A stretch of 64,000 nt of DNA from Eledone cirrhosa (taxonomy: Eukaryota), in contig OZ024756.1 of the NCBI GenBank assembly GCA_964016885.1, positions 12,028,001-12,092,000 of the forward strand, in the 5' to 3' direction. The position numbers were made by a program, and so were the translations under genes. The notes beneath the pieces are model-generated. The model worked only from the letters and a program-made list of their open reading frames with translations. It was not told the origin of the DNA and made no database searches. Below are positions 42,896-54,192 of the stretch, piece by piece. Every line of letters starts with the position of its first letter. Positions within the stretch are counted from its first letter, which is position 1.

Positions 42896-44158
42896 CAAGT
42901 ATTTATATTTATCGAAACACCTTCCATCATAATTTTGTGTAAAAACCATAGTTATTCTCCAAACACCAACAATGAGGAAGTTAGATTAGTAAATCCTTGC
43001 AATTATATTATATTCAAAATTATTTGAAAATCATAAGCAGGGTCTTACATTAAAAGTAGGGTAAGAAAAGGGTTAAAGACACAGGTAGGGTCTTACATTA
43101 AAAATAGGATAAGAAAAGGGTTAAAGACAAAGGTAAGGTCTCACATGAAAAATTTGGTAAGAAAAGGGTTAAAGACAAAGGTAGAGTCTTACATTAAAAG
43201 TGGGGTAAGAAAAGGGTTAAAGACAAAGGTAGAGTCTTACATTAAAAGTGGGGTAAGAAAAGGGTGAAAGATACAGGTAGGGTCTTACAGTAAAAGTGGA
43301 GTAAGAAAAGGGTTAAAGACACAGGTAGGGTTTTACATTAAGAAAAGGGTTAAAGACACAGGTAGGGTCTTACATTAAAAATAGGGTAAGAAAAGGGTGT
43401 GAAAAGGGAAAAAGAAAGGAACAAAGAAAAGACTATTGGTGCCAATAGTAGGATTACGGATTGAGAAACAAATGCTGTTTCTATCATGGAAGTACAATCG
43501 GAATATTGTAGAAGATTCCATAGAATTTATTGATTTATCATTAGCCCTGTTTTTGTTGTGTATTTAGATAACATTCACAGAAAATTGCATCACAGCCCCC
43601 CTACATAGGTATCATTCCTTCTCTCTCTCTCTTCTTACCTCTCTCTCTTCTTCCCTCTCTATCTATCTCTTTCCTTCTCTATTACATTATTGTACTCTCT
43701 TTTTTTTTTACCATTCCACCCTCACTTCCCTCTCTATCTCTCTCTCCCCCTCTCTCTTCACTCTCTCTCTTCTCTCTCTCTATCTCTCTCTCTCCCTCCT
43801 CTCTCTCTCTCTCTCACACATTTTCATCTATTTTCCACTCACCCTCTCAATCATCTTTCACTCCCTCATCTCAACAGTTCACCCTCTCTCTCTCATTCTT
43901 TCACCTTTTCTTTTCCTCCCTCCCACACAACACACCCTCTCATCATTTTCTGTTCCTTATTTTCATTCACCCCCTACCTCCTTCTGACCATTTCACCCCC
44001 CTCTTGCCACCACCTTGCACCCCTCCCCTTCGCCCCCCTCTTGCCACTACCTTGCACCCCTCCCCCTCACCCCCCCATATTCTCCTAAATGAACTAAACT
44101 ATGAACTAACTGATATTAATGTTTACCACTGGAGACCCCCCCCTCCTCTTTACTTGCA

Positions 44159-44196
<38 letters not shown>

Positions 44197-44817
44197 TCCA
44201 TGCAAACAGACGCATACACATTCCCATGCATACACACATACACTCACACACACACATGCCCACATAGACATGCATCCACACACACACACACACAAGTACA
44301 TGTCCATGCAAGCAGACATACACACACACACACACACATTCTCATGCATACACACATACACTCACACACATGCCCACATACACATGCATGCACACACACA
44401 CACACATTCTCATACATACACACATACACTCATAAACTTACGCATACACATTCATGAACATTTGTGACCCATCCCTCAGCAAAGCCTTCAACTGCAAGTA
44501 CACTACACACACACACATGAGTATATACACACAGAAACACATACACATATGCACACACACGCACACACATGCAAGACACACAAACAAACAACCTATGATT
44601 TCTATTGTAAAACTATAAGAATGCCCTCTGAAGATATTAATTAACCAGGATCCTTAAAAATGAAAATTTCAAAGTAAGGTTTGGAGAAATTTTTTTTATT
44701 AAAAAAAAAATGAATGAAGATGTAAAACCAATTACTTGAACCATTTTAAATTTCTTTAGGGTTTTTTTTTTTTCTTTTTGATGATTTTACTACATTTTCT
44801 CATTATTCTTAATCATA

Positions 44818-45037
44818 GTTATCCTTTCGTTACTGCCTACGACTTTAAAAATAATCAACGATTTTAAAGAGATTTAGGAATATAACTTTCTCATTTATCT
44901 GCTGTTTGTAACATAACTTAAAGGTTCTTACATAAGATTATGCTGTGAGGTTTTTAGATGAATATAAAGTACTTTAAAACAGTTTTGTTTTGTAGAACCA
45001 GGAGTGATTTCAGGCAGTTTGATATAAAAAGGGTTAA
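44818..45037. mobile_element. Old TTAA-type MITE family; decayed copies also at about 25650-25940, 33430-33850, 40600-41400, 42900-43035, 51380-51540
   Basis: Shared tttggaacataacttaacaaaggttcttacataa block and ...aaagggttaa ends. Confidence 0.65.
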
Positions 45038-46702
45038 ATTAGTGATTTTTCAAATTGGGGGGGGGGGGGGGGGGGGGCTTAGGGTAGGAATTTTAGCCAA
45101 GGAGGGAATATCAGAGAGCCAATACAATGCAGAAGAAATATAAATATATAGACAAAGGTGGTATTGGGGTAAAGGATGATAAATAAAAGAACAAAATAAT
45201 GTGTGTTTTTTTTTTACCCAATTTCTACCATTATAATTTTTCAAATGAAAACGAAACACCATGCAACCTTTTTCAACAGATCCTGTGTTGTGTGTGTGCA
45301 GTCATAAAATCCACTCTGCCCCATGTAGCTCTGTTCTATTGTCCATCAGTAGTTTCTGTGTTATCCTCATTTAACGTCTGCTTTCCCTGTTAGCAAGGGT
45401 TGGATGGGGTTAACCACCTCCCAGATAGGCTGACAGGTCTGCATTCTGCTTACATACAGTCATACATTCTGTCAAGTGCAAAGAAGTTCTGATGTCTTGA
45501 CCACAAACTGAAGAGGGCCTCCCCGTAATCTTTCTACACCTGTAAGCCCTTCCTACCACCAACCACTTTCTATCCAGGGTGGGTAAAATTCCTGAGATCC
45601 ATGGACGAGTTCTCTCCAGCGGTCTCTGTCCGTCATTATTGCTGCCATGTCCTGTGTCTGTCCTTAGGGCATCAACATATGTCAATCTCGGTCTTCCTCT
45701 TCCAGAGTGTCCTTGTAGGGGCTCCTACAGGAGCACTGAGTGCAGTGTCAACTCTGGATGTCGGTGAGCATGTCAAGCTAACCTTGGTCTTCCTCTTCCA
45801 GAGTGTCCTTGTAGGGGCTCCCACAGGAGCACTGAGTGCAGTGTCAACTCTGGATGTCGGTGAGCATGTCCAGCTAACCTCAGTCTCCTCTGTGTCACAT
45901 TTGAGCTGACTCTTGGAAGGCTCCCGTACAGCTCTGAGTTTTTCATCCTCATTGTATACTCAGATGGTGGATGGGTGCTACACGAGAATGCTGAGAATGG
46001 CTCTGAAGATTAATCAGTATACAACCACTTTACAACATGTAAATCACCAACACCAAAGGTTGTTGTTTATAATATAGAATGATGTTTAAAAGGACATACT
46101 ACATATGATGTTGGAAAACTTGATTGAGGGGGCTCGGTTTTTCTGCCCTGCTAGGGTTAGCTTTTTTACAGGTCCTGTGATTTCATATTGATCATGAGGT
46201 TCTTTTGGGGGGCAATGCTTTACAGCTACATACTCTTTTTGGCACCAATCCTTTTAGTCACCTCTTATTATCATCGTTTTTACTTTGAATTTTCAATGCT
46301 GCCATAGGCTGGATGGGACTTTTTACAACTGAATGCCCTTCCTGACACCAAGCCATTTTGTCACTCTGACATGCAGGGATACAGTGTACCTATTTGAAAC
46401 TAGAAACATGGTTATACTCTTTTCCTATTATATCAAGTGTAAAACTAATAATATATTTCTTTGTTATATTGTGCCATTTGTTTTGTTATTTCTGTTTGCC
46501 CTTTGAATATATATATATATATATATATTCAAAGGGCAAACAGAAATAACAAAACAAACGACACAATATAACGATTCTTTGCTTAAATTTTAATCTGTTC
46601 TTATTATAAATATATACTTTATATATATATATATAATCTTATCGAGCCCTCTTCGGATTTTAGTCTTCACATTTATTATTACTATATATATATATATATA
46701 TG

Positions 46703-47127
46703 TAGGAGGTGAGTTTTATTGTAGTACAATAAAGCAATGCAGATATCGGATAAGAAGCACTCTACAGTTTGTAGGACTGGAGTATACATAATATAAGATC
46801 AAAAGATGGTTAAAGGAGTTCCATGTATTTTATTATGCGCATTTCAAAAACAAACATCATCATGCAATAATATTTGTGTTTTCATCAGATAAAACAGGAG
46901 AACATGATATGAAGGCTAAAAAACACTTGTGGATAGTGCAGTTTTAAATCAACATATATATGTTGATTTAAAACTGCACTATCCACAAGTGTTTTTTAGC
47001 CTTCATATCATGTTCTCCTGTTTTATCTGATGAAAACACAAATATTATTGCATGATGACGTTTGTTTTTGAAATGCGCATAATAAAATACATGGAACTCC
47101 TTTAACCATCTTTTGATCTTATATTAT
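46703..47127. mobile_element. Fold-back cassette: 340-bp near-perfect palindrome with two opposed hammerheads
   Basis: 46788-47127 is self-complementary with one mismatch seen, centred on acatatatatgt. Extra tail 46703-46787. (TA)n flanks. Confidence 0.9.
47021..47087 (+). ncRNA. Type I hammerhead ribozyme; mirror copy at 46828-46894 (-)
   Basis: ttttat-CTGATGA-aaacacaaat...gtttgttttt-GAAA-tgcgca-TA-ataaaa. Confidence 0.85.
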
Positions 47128-47477
47128 ATATATATATCATCATCATCATTTCATTTCATTTTACGTCCGCTTTTTCCCTGCTTGCAAGGGTGGGACGGGA
47201 ACTGATTCTGGCTTGATTTCTACAGCTGGGTGCCCTTCCTAACACCAACCTCATTTACAGTGAGTGCTGGGTGCTTTTTTGCCGTGGCACCTCCACGACC
47301 ACTTTGCAGTGGAATGATATGGATCCCAGTCCCTATCATCTCATTTCTACAGCTGAGTAAACTGGAGCAATCTGAAATAAAGTGTCTTACTCAAGGAAAC
47401 AACACATCACCCGGTCTGAGAATTGAACTCACAACCTTTCGATTGCAAGGCCAATGCTCTAACCACTAAGCCATGTG

Positions 47478-47588
<111 letters not shown>

Positions 47589-47882
47589 GTAAAAACAAAT
47601 AACGAAACAAAATTAAATTTCGTTTCACTTCTAACTCACTTTTGTATGACTGACGCTTAAACAATTAAGTTAAAGTGTACATCTACATATGTATACGGAA
47701 GTACTAGTATGCATATAAATACACACATGTATACATATGTACATGTACTGAGTTTTTCACTAGACACTTTACAGTGAGTGTCCAGCTAGTCTGTATGTAA
47801 CCACACAGACGGACCGGGTTTTAGAGTCATACGAGTTTTCAAGGAAACACATTTCCTCTATTCTCCAGAGAGCCAGACAGGA

Positions 47883-47925
47883 ATATTGGACTAGTTTCGA
47901 TGTTATTACATCTCATCAGCAATAT
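47883..47925 (-). ncRNA. Canonical minimal type I hammerhead ribozyme, left unit
   Basis: atattg-CTGATGA-gatgt-aata-acatc-GAAA-ctag-TC-caatat. Confidence 0.9.
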
Positions 47926-48352
47926 ATACCCATCTTCCGACTTCTCTAGAGAATTGTAAAAGCACATATCGTTATATGCTTTTTCTATGAAAATTAGTAG
48001 TGGGTAGACTAATTTGCATAGAACGTGAGTCATTGTACGCACCGGTTCAGCGGAAACGATAAAAACAAATAACGAAACGAAATTAAATTTCGTTTCGCTT
48101 CTAACTCACTTTTGTATGACTGACGCTTAAACAATTAAGTTAAAGTGTACATCTACATATGTATACGGAAGTACTAGTATGCATATAAAAACACACATGT
48201 ATACATATGTACATGTACTGAGTTTTTCACTAGACACTTTACAGTGAGTGTCCAGCTAGTCTGTATGTAACCACACAGACGGACCGGGTTTTAGAGTCAT
48301 ACGAGTTTTCAAGGAAACACATTTCCTCTATTCTCCAGAGAGCCAGACAGGA

Positions 48353-48395
48353 ATATTGGACTAGTTTCGATGTTATTACATCTCATCAGCAATAT
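48353..48395 (-). ncRNA. Canonical minimal type I hammerhead ribozyme, right unit
   Basis: Identical to 47883-47925, exactly 470 bp away. Confidence 0.9.
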
Positions 48396-48498
48396 ATACC
48401 CATCTTCCGGCTTCTCTAGAGAATTGTAAAAGCACATATCGTTATATGCTTCTTCTATGAAAATTAGTCTACCCACTACTAATTTTCATAGAAAAAGC

Positions 48499-48584
<86 letters not shown>

Positions 48585-48585
48585 C

Positions 48586-48632
<47 letters not shown>

Positions 48633-48650
48633 TATGTACATATACATATA

Positions 48651-48722
<72 letters not shown>

Positions 48723-48730
48723 TATATGTA

Positions 48731-49008
48731 TTAGGATTGGTGCTCTGGAACAGTGATGTATACATGAATGTATGTATAATATATTTGATAATATACTGTA
48801 TGTTTAATTAAAACATTATAATTATCAGCGGAAGCGAAGGGGTAAGTAGTCTTGATGGCCACTAACAAGTGAGAAACAGGATTGTCGATTAATCCCCTTT
48901 GTTTTTGCCAAGAATAAGTAAGTGACATAGTCACTACTTGAAAATTCATAGCGAATTGTCTTTTTAATTAAACATACAGTATATTATCAAATATATACTA
49001 TACATACA

Positions 49009-49013
<5 letters not shown>
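48731..49013 (+). mobile_element. Fold-back cassette with a variant hammerhead (48837-48899)
   Basis: Inverted arms of about 50 bp (48763-48813 and 48962-49013). aagggg..tagtc-TTGATGG-c-cact-aaca-agtg-a-GAAA-caggattg-TC-gatta..cccctt. Confidence 0.65.
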
Positions 49014-49051
<38 letters not shown>

Positions 49052-49054
<3 letters not shown>

Positions 49055-49258
49055 AACGAGTAGGACCCCGACGGCTGAGCTCAAGCCGTTTTGACGGCTA
49101 ATTCTGGACTAAAATTTTAGTCCAGAATTAGCCGTTGAAACGCCTTGAGCTCAGCCGTCGGGGCCCTACTCGTTCCTATTACCCACTCTACTACCCTAAG
49201 TATTGAGTACTTTGGTGCGTTATGGTCCATCTGGTTCCTTACCACATTTCCTTCGTTA
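49052..49258. mobile_element. Short fold-back cassette family; copies at 23697-23810 and 49592-49758
   Basis: About 62-bp palindromic arms centred on ggactaaaattttagtcc, plus a common tail ending ccttaccacatttccttcgtta(ta)n. Confidence 0.8.
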
Positions 49259-49342
49259 TATATATATATACCAACCTTGCCTCAAGTGGGACAACCCCCG
49301 TCTAACCCATGCTAGCGTGGAAGATGGATGTTAAACGAAGAA

Positions 49343-49375
<33 letters not shown>

Positions 49376-49478
49376 ATATATATATATGTATGTAAAAGGT
49401 AAACAGAAATAACAACACAATCGGTACAGTATATGAAAGGTATATATTAGGTTAACGCTTGATATAGCAGGAAGAGGG

Positions 49479-49514
49479 TCTTAACATTTCGGACGCTAGT
49501 CCTTCATCAGAAGA
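49479..49514 (-). ncRNA. Ultra-minimal hammerhead ribozyme
   Basis: tctt-CTGATGA-a-ggac-tagc-gtcc-GAAA-tg-TT-aaga. Its downstream tail is shared with 46400-46573. Confidence 0.7.
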
Positions 49515-49756
49515 AAGAATGAGAAATAAAATAGATTGAGGGGACGGGTGGGATGGAATTGCAAAAAATGTCTATATATATATATATATATAGGAACGAG
49601 TAGGACCCCGACGGCTGAGCTCAAGCCGTTTCGACGGCTAATTCTGGACTTCCAGAATCAGCCGTCGGGGTCCTACTCGTTCCCACTCTACTACCGTAAG
49701 TATTGAGTACTTTGGTGCGTAATGGTCCACCTGGTTCCTTACCATATTTCCTTCGT

Positions 49757-49834
<78 letters not shown>

Positions 49835-50305
49835 AGTGTCAGTATATACACACAAAGAGTGTTTGAGTGTATATATGTATACTGTTTTAATACATTATCT
49901 AGATGTTTAGTATATCTAGTATTAAGTAGTGTTAACAAGATGGCGGTACTGGTACCATTGCACTCCATCTTGTGGTAGTACCAGTCATAATGAAATACTC
50001 CCAGTCTATGTTATAAGCTGGTTGTCATTAGGAAGGACATCCGGCTATAGAAACCAACATATGAACAAGTTGTGCTCAATACAGGGTGCTCAATACAGTA
50101 CATCCTGTCTAACCCATGCTAGCATGAAAAATAGATGTTAAATGGTGATGATGATGATGTACATATGTGTGTGTGTGTGTGACATTGTAGCTTTGTTTTG
50201 TTGTATTGTCTGACATATAATTTACTTTTGCTGCAACTTTATTCTCTAACAAGTTTGTGTGTAGAGAGAGATGTGTGTATGTATGTATATATATATATAT
50301 GTATG

Positions 50306-50337
<32 letters not shown>

Positions 50338-50416
50338 TATACATAAATATATATGTATATATATATATATACATATATATATATACATAAATATATATGT
50401 ATATATATATATACAT

Positions 50417-50449
<33 letters not shown>

Positions 50450-50466
50450 CATATATGTATAGATAC

Positions 50467-50499
<33 letters not shown>

Positions 50500-50531
50500 C
50501 ATATATGTATAGATACATATATACATATATG

Positions 50532-50576
<45 letters not shown>

Positions 50577-51320
50577 AGAGAGAGAGAGAGATATGTGTGT
50601 TTCTATACATACATACACACACACACACATTACTGTCCCTAAAGGCGAAAATGGACACTAAAGAAGGAATCTATATGTGTGTGTGTGTGTATGTAAATGT
50701 GGAGTGTAGAGGGTATACGTTGGAATGAGTTAGTGTTGTGATTAATCCAAATTTCATTCCTCCTATCAGTAATAGTGTCAAACCCACCACCATTCCACAG
50801 ACAAACCCCAAATAACACAGTGATTGCAGTAACTCTTACACAACTATAATGACTAAATAATGATGACAAAATACAACTTAAGTGTTAAATATATTTTTAA
50901 CCATGTGATCTCTTTCACATAAACACTGTAAGTACTTCACCTCAAAAACACTGAATCTTAATGTCTGCTTACTTCTTTTTGTTGTTTTCTTTCATTACCT
51001 CCCTTTGTCCGATTCCAAGCCTACTTCTTCTTCTTCCAAAAACTCGTTTAGCCCGCCATTGTTTTCTCATCGTTTCATTTTTATGTGAAAATAATGTCTC
51101 CGATGTCACCTAACACCGTCCCCTTTCCACTCTTCGTCTCTCCTCCCTACCTCCCTCTATGTCTATCTACCCCCCCCCCCTCTCTCTCTCTCTTTTTCTT
51201 TACCACTTGCCACTCACAATTACTTATGGTATTAGCTGATGTGTGTTTCAATGAAAATGTGTGTACTAAGTTCACTGCTCCTCTCTGCATCGTTCAGTTG
51301 TATCAGAAGTAGAAGCTCTG

Positions 51321-51362
51321 CTCTGCTGATGAGGTCAGAACAACACTGAAACATGTTCAAAG
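51321..51362 (+). ncRNA. Old hammerhead-like motif
   Basis: ctctg-CTGATGA-ggt...act-GAAA-catg-TT-caaag, with weak stems. Confidence 0.5.
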
Positions 51363-51810
51363 TTGTATCCCCTACTTGATCTAAACAATATTTCTTATAA
51401 AAGATACTGCCTATAATTTTAAAGTCATTTTGACTATAAAGAACATGGAGAGATTTTGTAATATAACTAACTTTCTCATTATTAATCTGGTATTTGGAAC
51501 ATAACTTAACAAAGGTTCTTACATAATACCAGGGATGGATTCAAGCAGTTTATTTAATGTCTAAATGTTTTAATTGATGAGAAGATTCTAATTGATTAAA
51601 CTCGTCTATGAAGATGAGAAAATGTTTGTAATATTTACTGCCAAAATCAGAAAAATCAGGTCAGGTGGTACTGTACTGTCTAGTGGGACTGAACCTGATA
51701 CCATGTGGTTCTGAAACAAATCTCTTAACCACACATCTATGCCTGCACTACATATGTATGTACGCATATATGTGTGTGTGTGTGTGTATGTATATATATA
51801 TATATATATA

Positions 51811-53047
51811 CAGGGTACAAAATAAAATGCAAATAGTTCTTGAAAAAAACATTTATTTCAAGATCTGACTTCAACAAATAGTAAGTAATATACTATTAAA
51901 CAACTGCACAAAAATTTATTCGAAATGCTTTCCTCTTACTCTCACTACCGCTCGAAGTCTTCTAGGAAAGTCTTCGATGGCTGCACGAACAGTTTCCATG
52001 GGTATTTTCTCCCATACTTTATTCAGTTTTGATTTTATAGTTTCAATATTTTGGCTAGGAGTAGAGCAGGCTTCACGCTCAAGAATTGACCATAAAGAAA
52101 AATCGAAAGGGTTGAGATCTGGTGATGTGGGAGGCCACTCTTCCTTACTGATCCATGCAGGACAATGGTCTCTACAACACTGTTGTGTTACGAGAGCAGT
52201 GTGGCTCGTCACTCCATCTTGTTGGATAGTCCAAATGTCATCGCCATAAATAGATGTGCACCATGGCATCAGTGCTTCTTCCAAAATATCCTTTATGTAA
52301 AGTTCTTTGTCAATTTTAACTCCTTGAGTCACAAAAATCATAGGAGACTTCCCTCTTTCAGAAATGGCTGCCCAAACCATCACTGATGCTGGTTTCTGTG
52401 TTCTGAAAACTTTTCCTACACTTGAAGGAATTGATTTGAGACTTTTTGCAAGTACTCGATCACTTTGATGATTGTGAGACTGCTGCACAGTGAATAACTT
52501 CTCATCTGTAAAGATGATGTTTTGCAGCGTGCCATCCTTGATACAGTTCAATAACAGTTTACTTCTGGAGAACCTCTTTTCAATTGTGGTTGCAGAAAGA
52601 AGCTCCCTCTTTTGGAACTTATAGGGTGACATCCCCAGATCATCTCGACATATCCTCCGCATAGTTCTCGGCGATGTTTCTGCTTCTTCTGCCATTTTTC
52701 TCATGGACCTTCTTGGATTACGCCTTATTTTTCCCCTCACACTTTTAATGAGTTTTGGTGTTCTTGAGGTGCGAGGGCGTCCGGATCGAGGTCTGTCTTT
52801 GGTCGAGGAAGTTTCCTTAAATTGATCAATTGTCCTTTTGATCAACATTCTATTGATCTTAAGAGTTTTCCCCAGTTTAAATATCAGGCCTTTTTCATGC
52901 TTCTCTCTTTTGAACTTTCTTTTCAATTCTATGGACATTGCAAATTGTTAATGGCGTAATGTTCTGTAGTATATTAATTATATTAGCCACATAATGTATT
53001 TTTAAAATTGATTTAAAACCGTGTAACAGGAATTATGCCCCACCCTG
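51811..53047 (-). mobile_element. Tc1/mariner element, DD37D (maT) family
   Basis: TA|cagggt ... accctg|TA ends around a transposase ORF. The left TIR matches for only 6 bp. Confidence 0.88.
51916..52938 (-). CDS. DD37D transposase, uninterrupted 340-aa ORF
   Basis: RSGRPR linker, IIFTDEKLF, VMVWAAIS, QQDG followed by 37 residues to the D of SPDLNPFD. Confidence 0.9.
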   Translation of the reverse strand: MSIELKRKFKREKHEKGLIFKLGKTLKINRMLIKRTIDQFKETSSTKDRPRSGRPRTSRTPKLIKSVRGKIRRNPRRSMRKMAEEAETSPRTMRRICRDDLGMSPYKFQKRELLSATTIEKRFSRSKLLLNCIKDGTLQNIIFTDEKLFTVQQSHNHQSDRVLAKSLKSIPSSVGKVFRTQKPASVMVWAAISERGKSPMIFVTQGVKIDKELYIKDILEEALMPWCTSIYGDDIWTIQQDGVTSHTALVTQQCCRDHCPAWISKEEWPPTSPDLNPFDFSLWSILEREACSTPSQNIETIKSKLNKVWEKIPMETVRAAIEDFPRRLRAVVRVRGKHFE

Positions 53048-53224
53048 TATATATGAGTCCCAGGTTCAATTGGGGGTCACCACAGTTAATAGGGTACTCA
53101 ATACATCAAGTTTGATATAGAAATGACTTCTACTGAACTAGAACTGTTTCATTCAAAAGAATGTGGGGGTGGGGGTGATGCAGAAGGTGATGATGATGAT
53201 ATTTATTGTTTTCTCCTCCAACAG

Positions 53225-53338
53225 AGATTACCATCAGAAGAAACCTCCATTGTAGAATGCAGCAGTACGACCCAGAGAGATATATTTGAAGAGCCTGTAC
53301 AGAATCAGAACTCATCCATTTCTGATGCCACGACTTTG
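53225..53338 (+). CDS. Host gene 114-bp exon (RLPSEETSIVEC...DATTL)
   Basis: Acceptor ttttctcctccaacAG, donor GTAAGT, phase 0/0, open frame. Confidence 0.75.
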
Positions 53339-53681
53339 GTAAGTTTCACCTTTCTCAGCTCTCAGACATCATTTAAACCGTCTCTATTTCGTTCATTCTT
53401 TTTCTAGAATTAAGGGGTTAGGTAAAAGAGAGATATGACATACTGAGGAGGGGAGAAGGTGTAGCTGTGGGATTAGAAATTTGGTTTTGCAACTACTAGG
53501 GGTACTTGATGAAGGACCACAAACGTTGCATAGGTTCAGCAAAACCAGCCAAACACATGCCAAGAGAAAAACATGGAAGATGAAGATGCGGATGTGTGTA
53601 TGTATGTATCTAATGTAAATATATATATATATATATGATAAAGAACACAAGAGCGTCTACAACATCAAAAGATTTTTATTG

Positions 53682-53726
53682 GCTTACAATGTTTCTTCCT
53701 TACGTAACCGTAGGATTCGTCAGAGC
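53682..53726 (-). ncRNA. Hammerhead ribozyme in a (TA)n-flanked cassette (about 53637-53865)
   Basis: gct-CTGACGA-a-tcctacg-gtta-cgtaagga-a-GAAA-cattg-TA-agc. Confidence 0.75.
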
Positions 53727-53885
53727 TATAAAAGGGGTTTGATTGGTGTTATGGACTCTACCAACCAAACATTCAAGAACAAAGAGTAAAGAGAGTAAAG
53801 AGCAAAAGCAGGGGACGATAAGTCTAATTTTGGTGCGGGAGGGTGGGGTGTGGGTCCTTGTTTACTATATATAAATATATATATA

Positions 53886-54192
53886 TTTAAATTTGGTGGT
53901 TCACCACTGGGTAGAATTGGTCATTCTGTAATGTTACCATGATGTAATAGTAGTAAAGCACTCAACATTACCCAACACATCCATCTTTGATGTTGAATCC
54001 TATCCTGGAGTTAAATATTATAGAGTAAAATGAAAGGAGGCCAGACAGGTTGAATTCCTTCAAATTTCTATTACTTTAAACACTATGCACATTTCAGTGG
54101 CCAGGTTACGTGTGAAATGTACATAGTGTTTAAAAAATAAAAATTTGAAGGAATTCAACCTGTCTGGCCTCCTGTTATTTTAATCTATAATA
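53886..54192 (-). mobile_element. Fold-back cassette related to 19511-19802, truncated inside the ribozyme
   Basis: Inverted arms about 54020-54097 and 54113-54192, both starting at GAAAtgt(g/a)caTAgtg. Confidence 0.7.

Larger units (their letters stand above)
47591..48503 (-). mobile_element. Retrozyme-like element: about 1.9 tandem copies of a 470-bp non-coding unit with a short inverted end
   Basis: 47591-48060 repeated at 48061-48468 with about 5 substitutions. One hammerhead per unit. (TA)n flanks. Confidence 0.85.
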
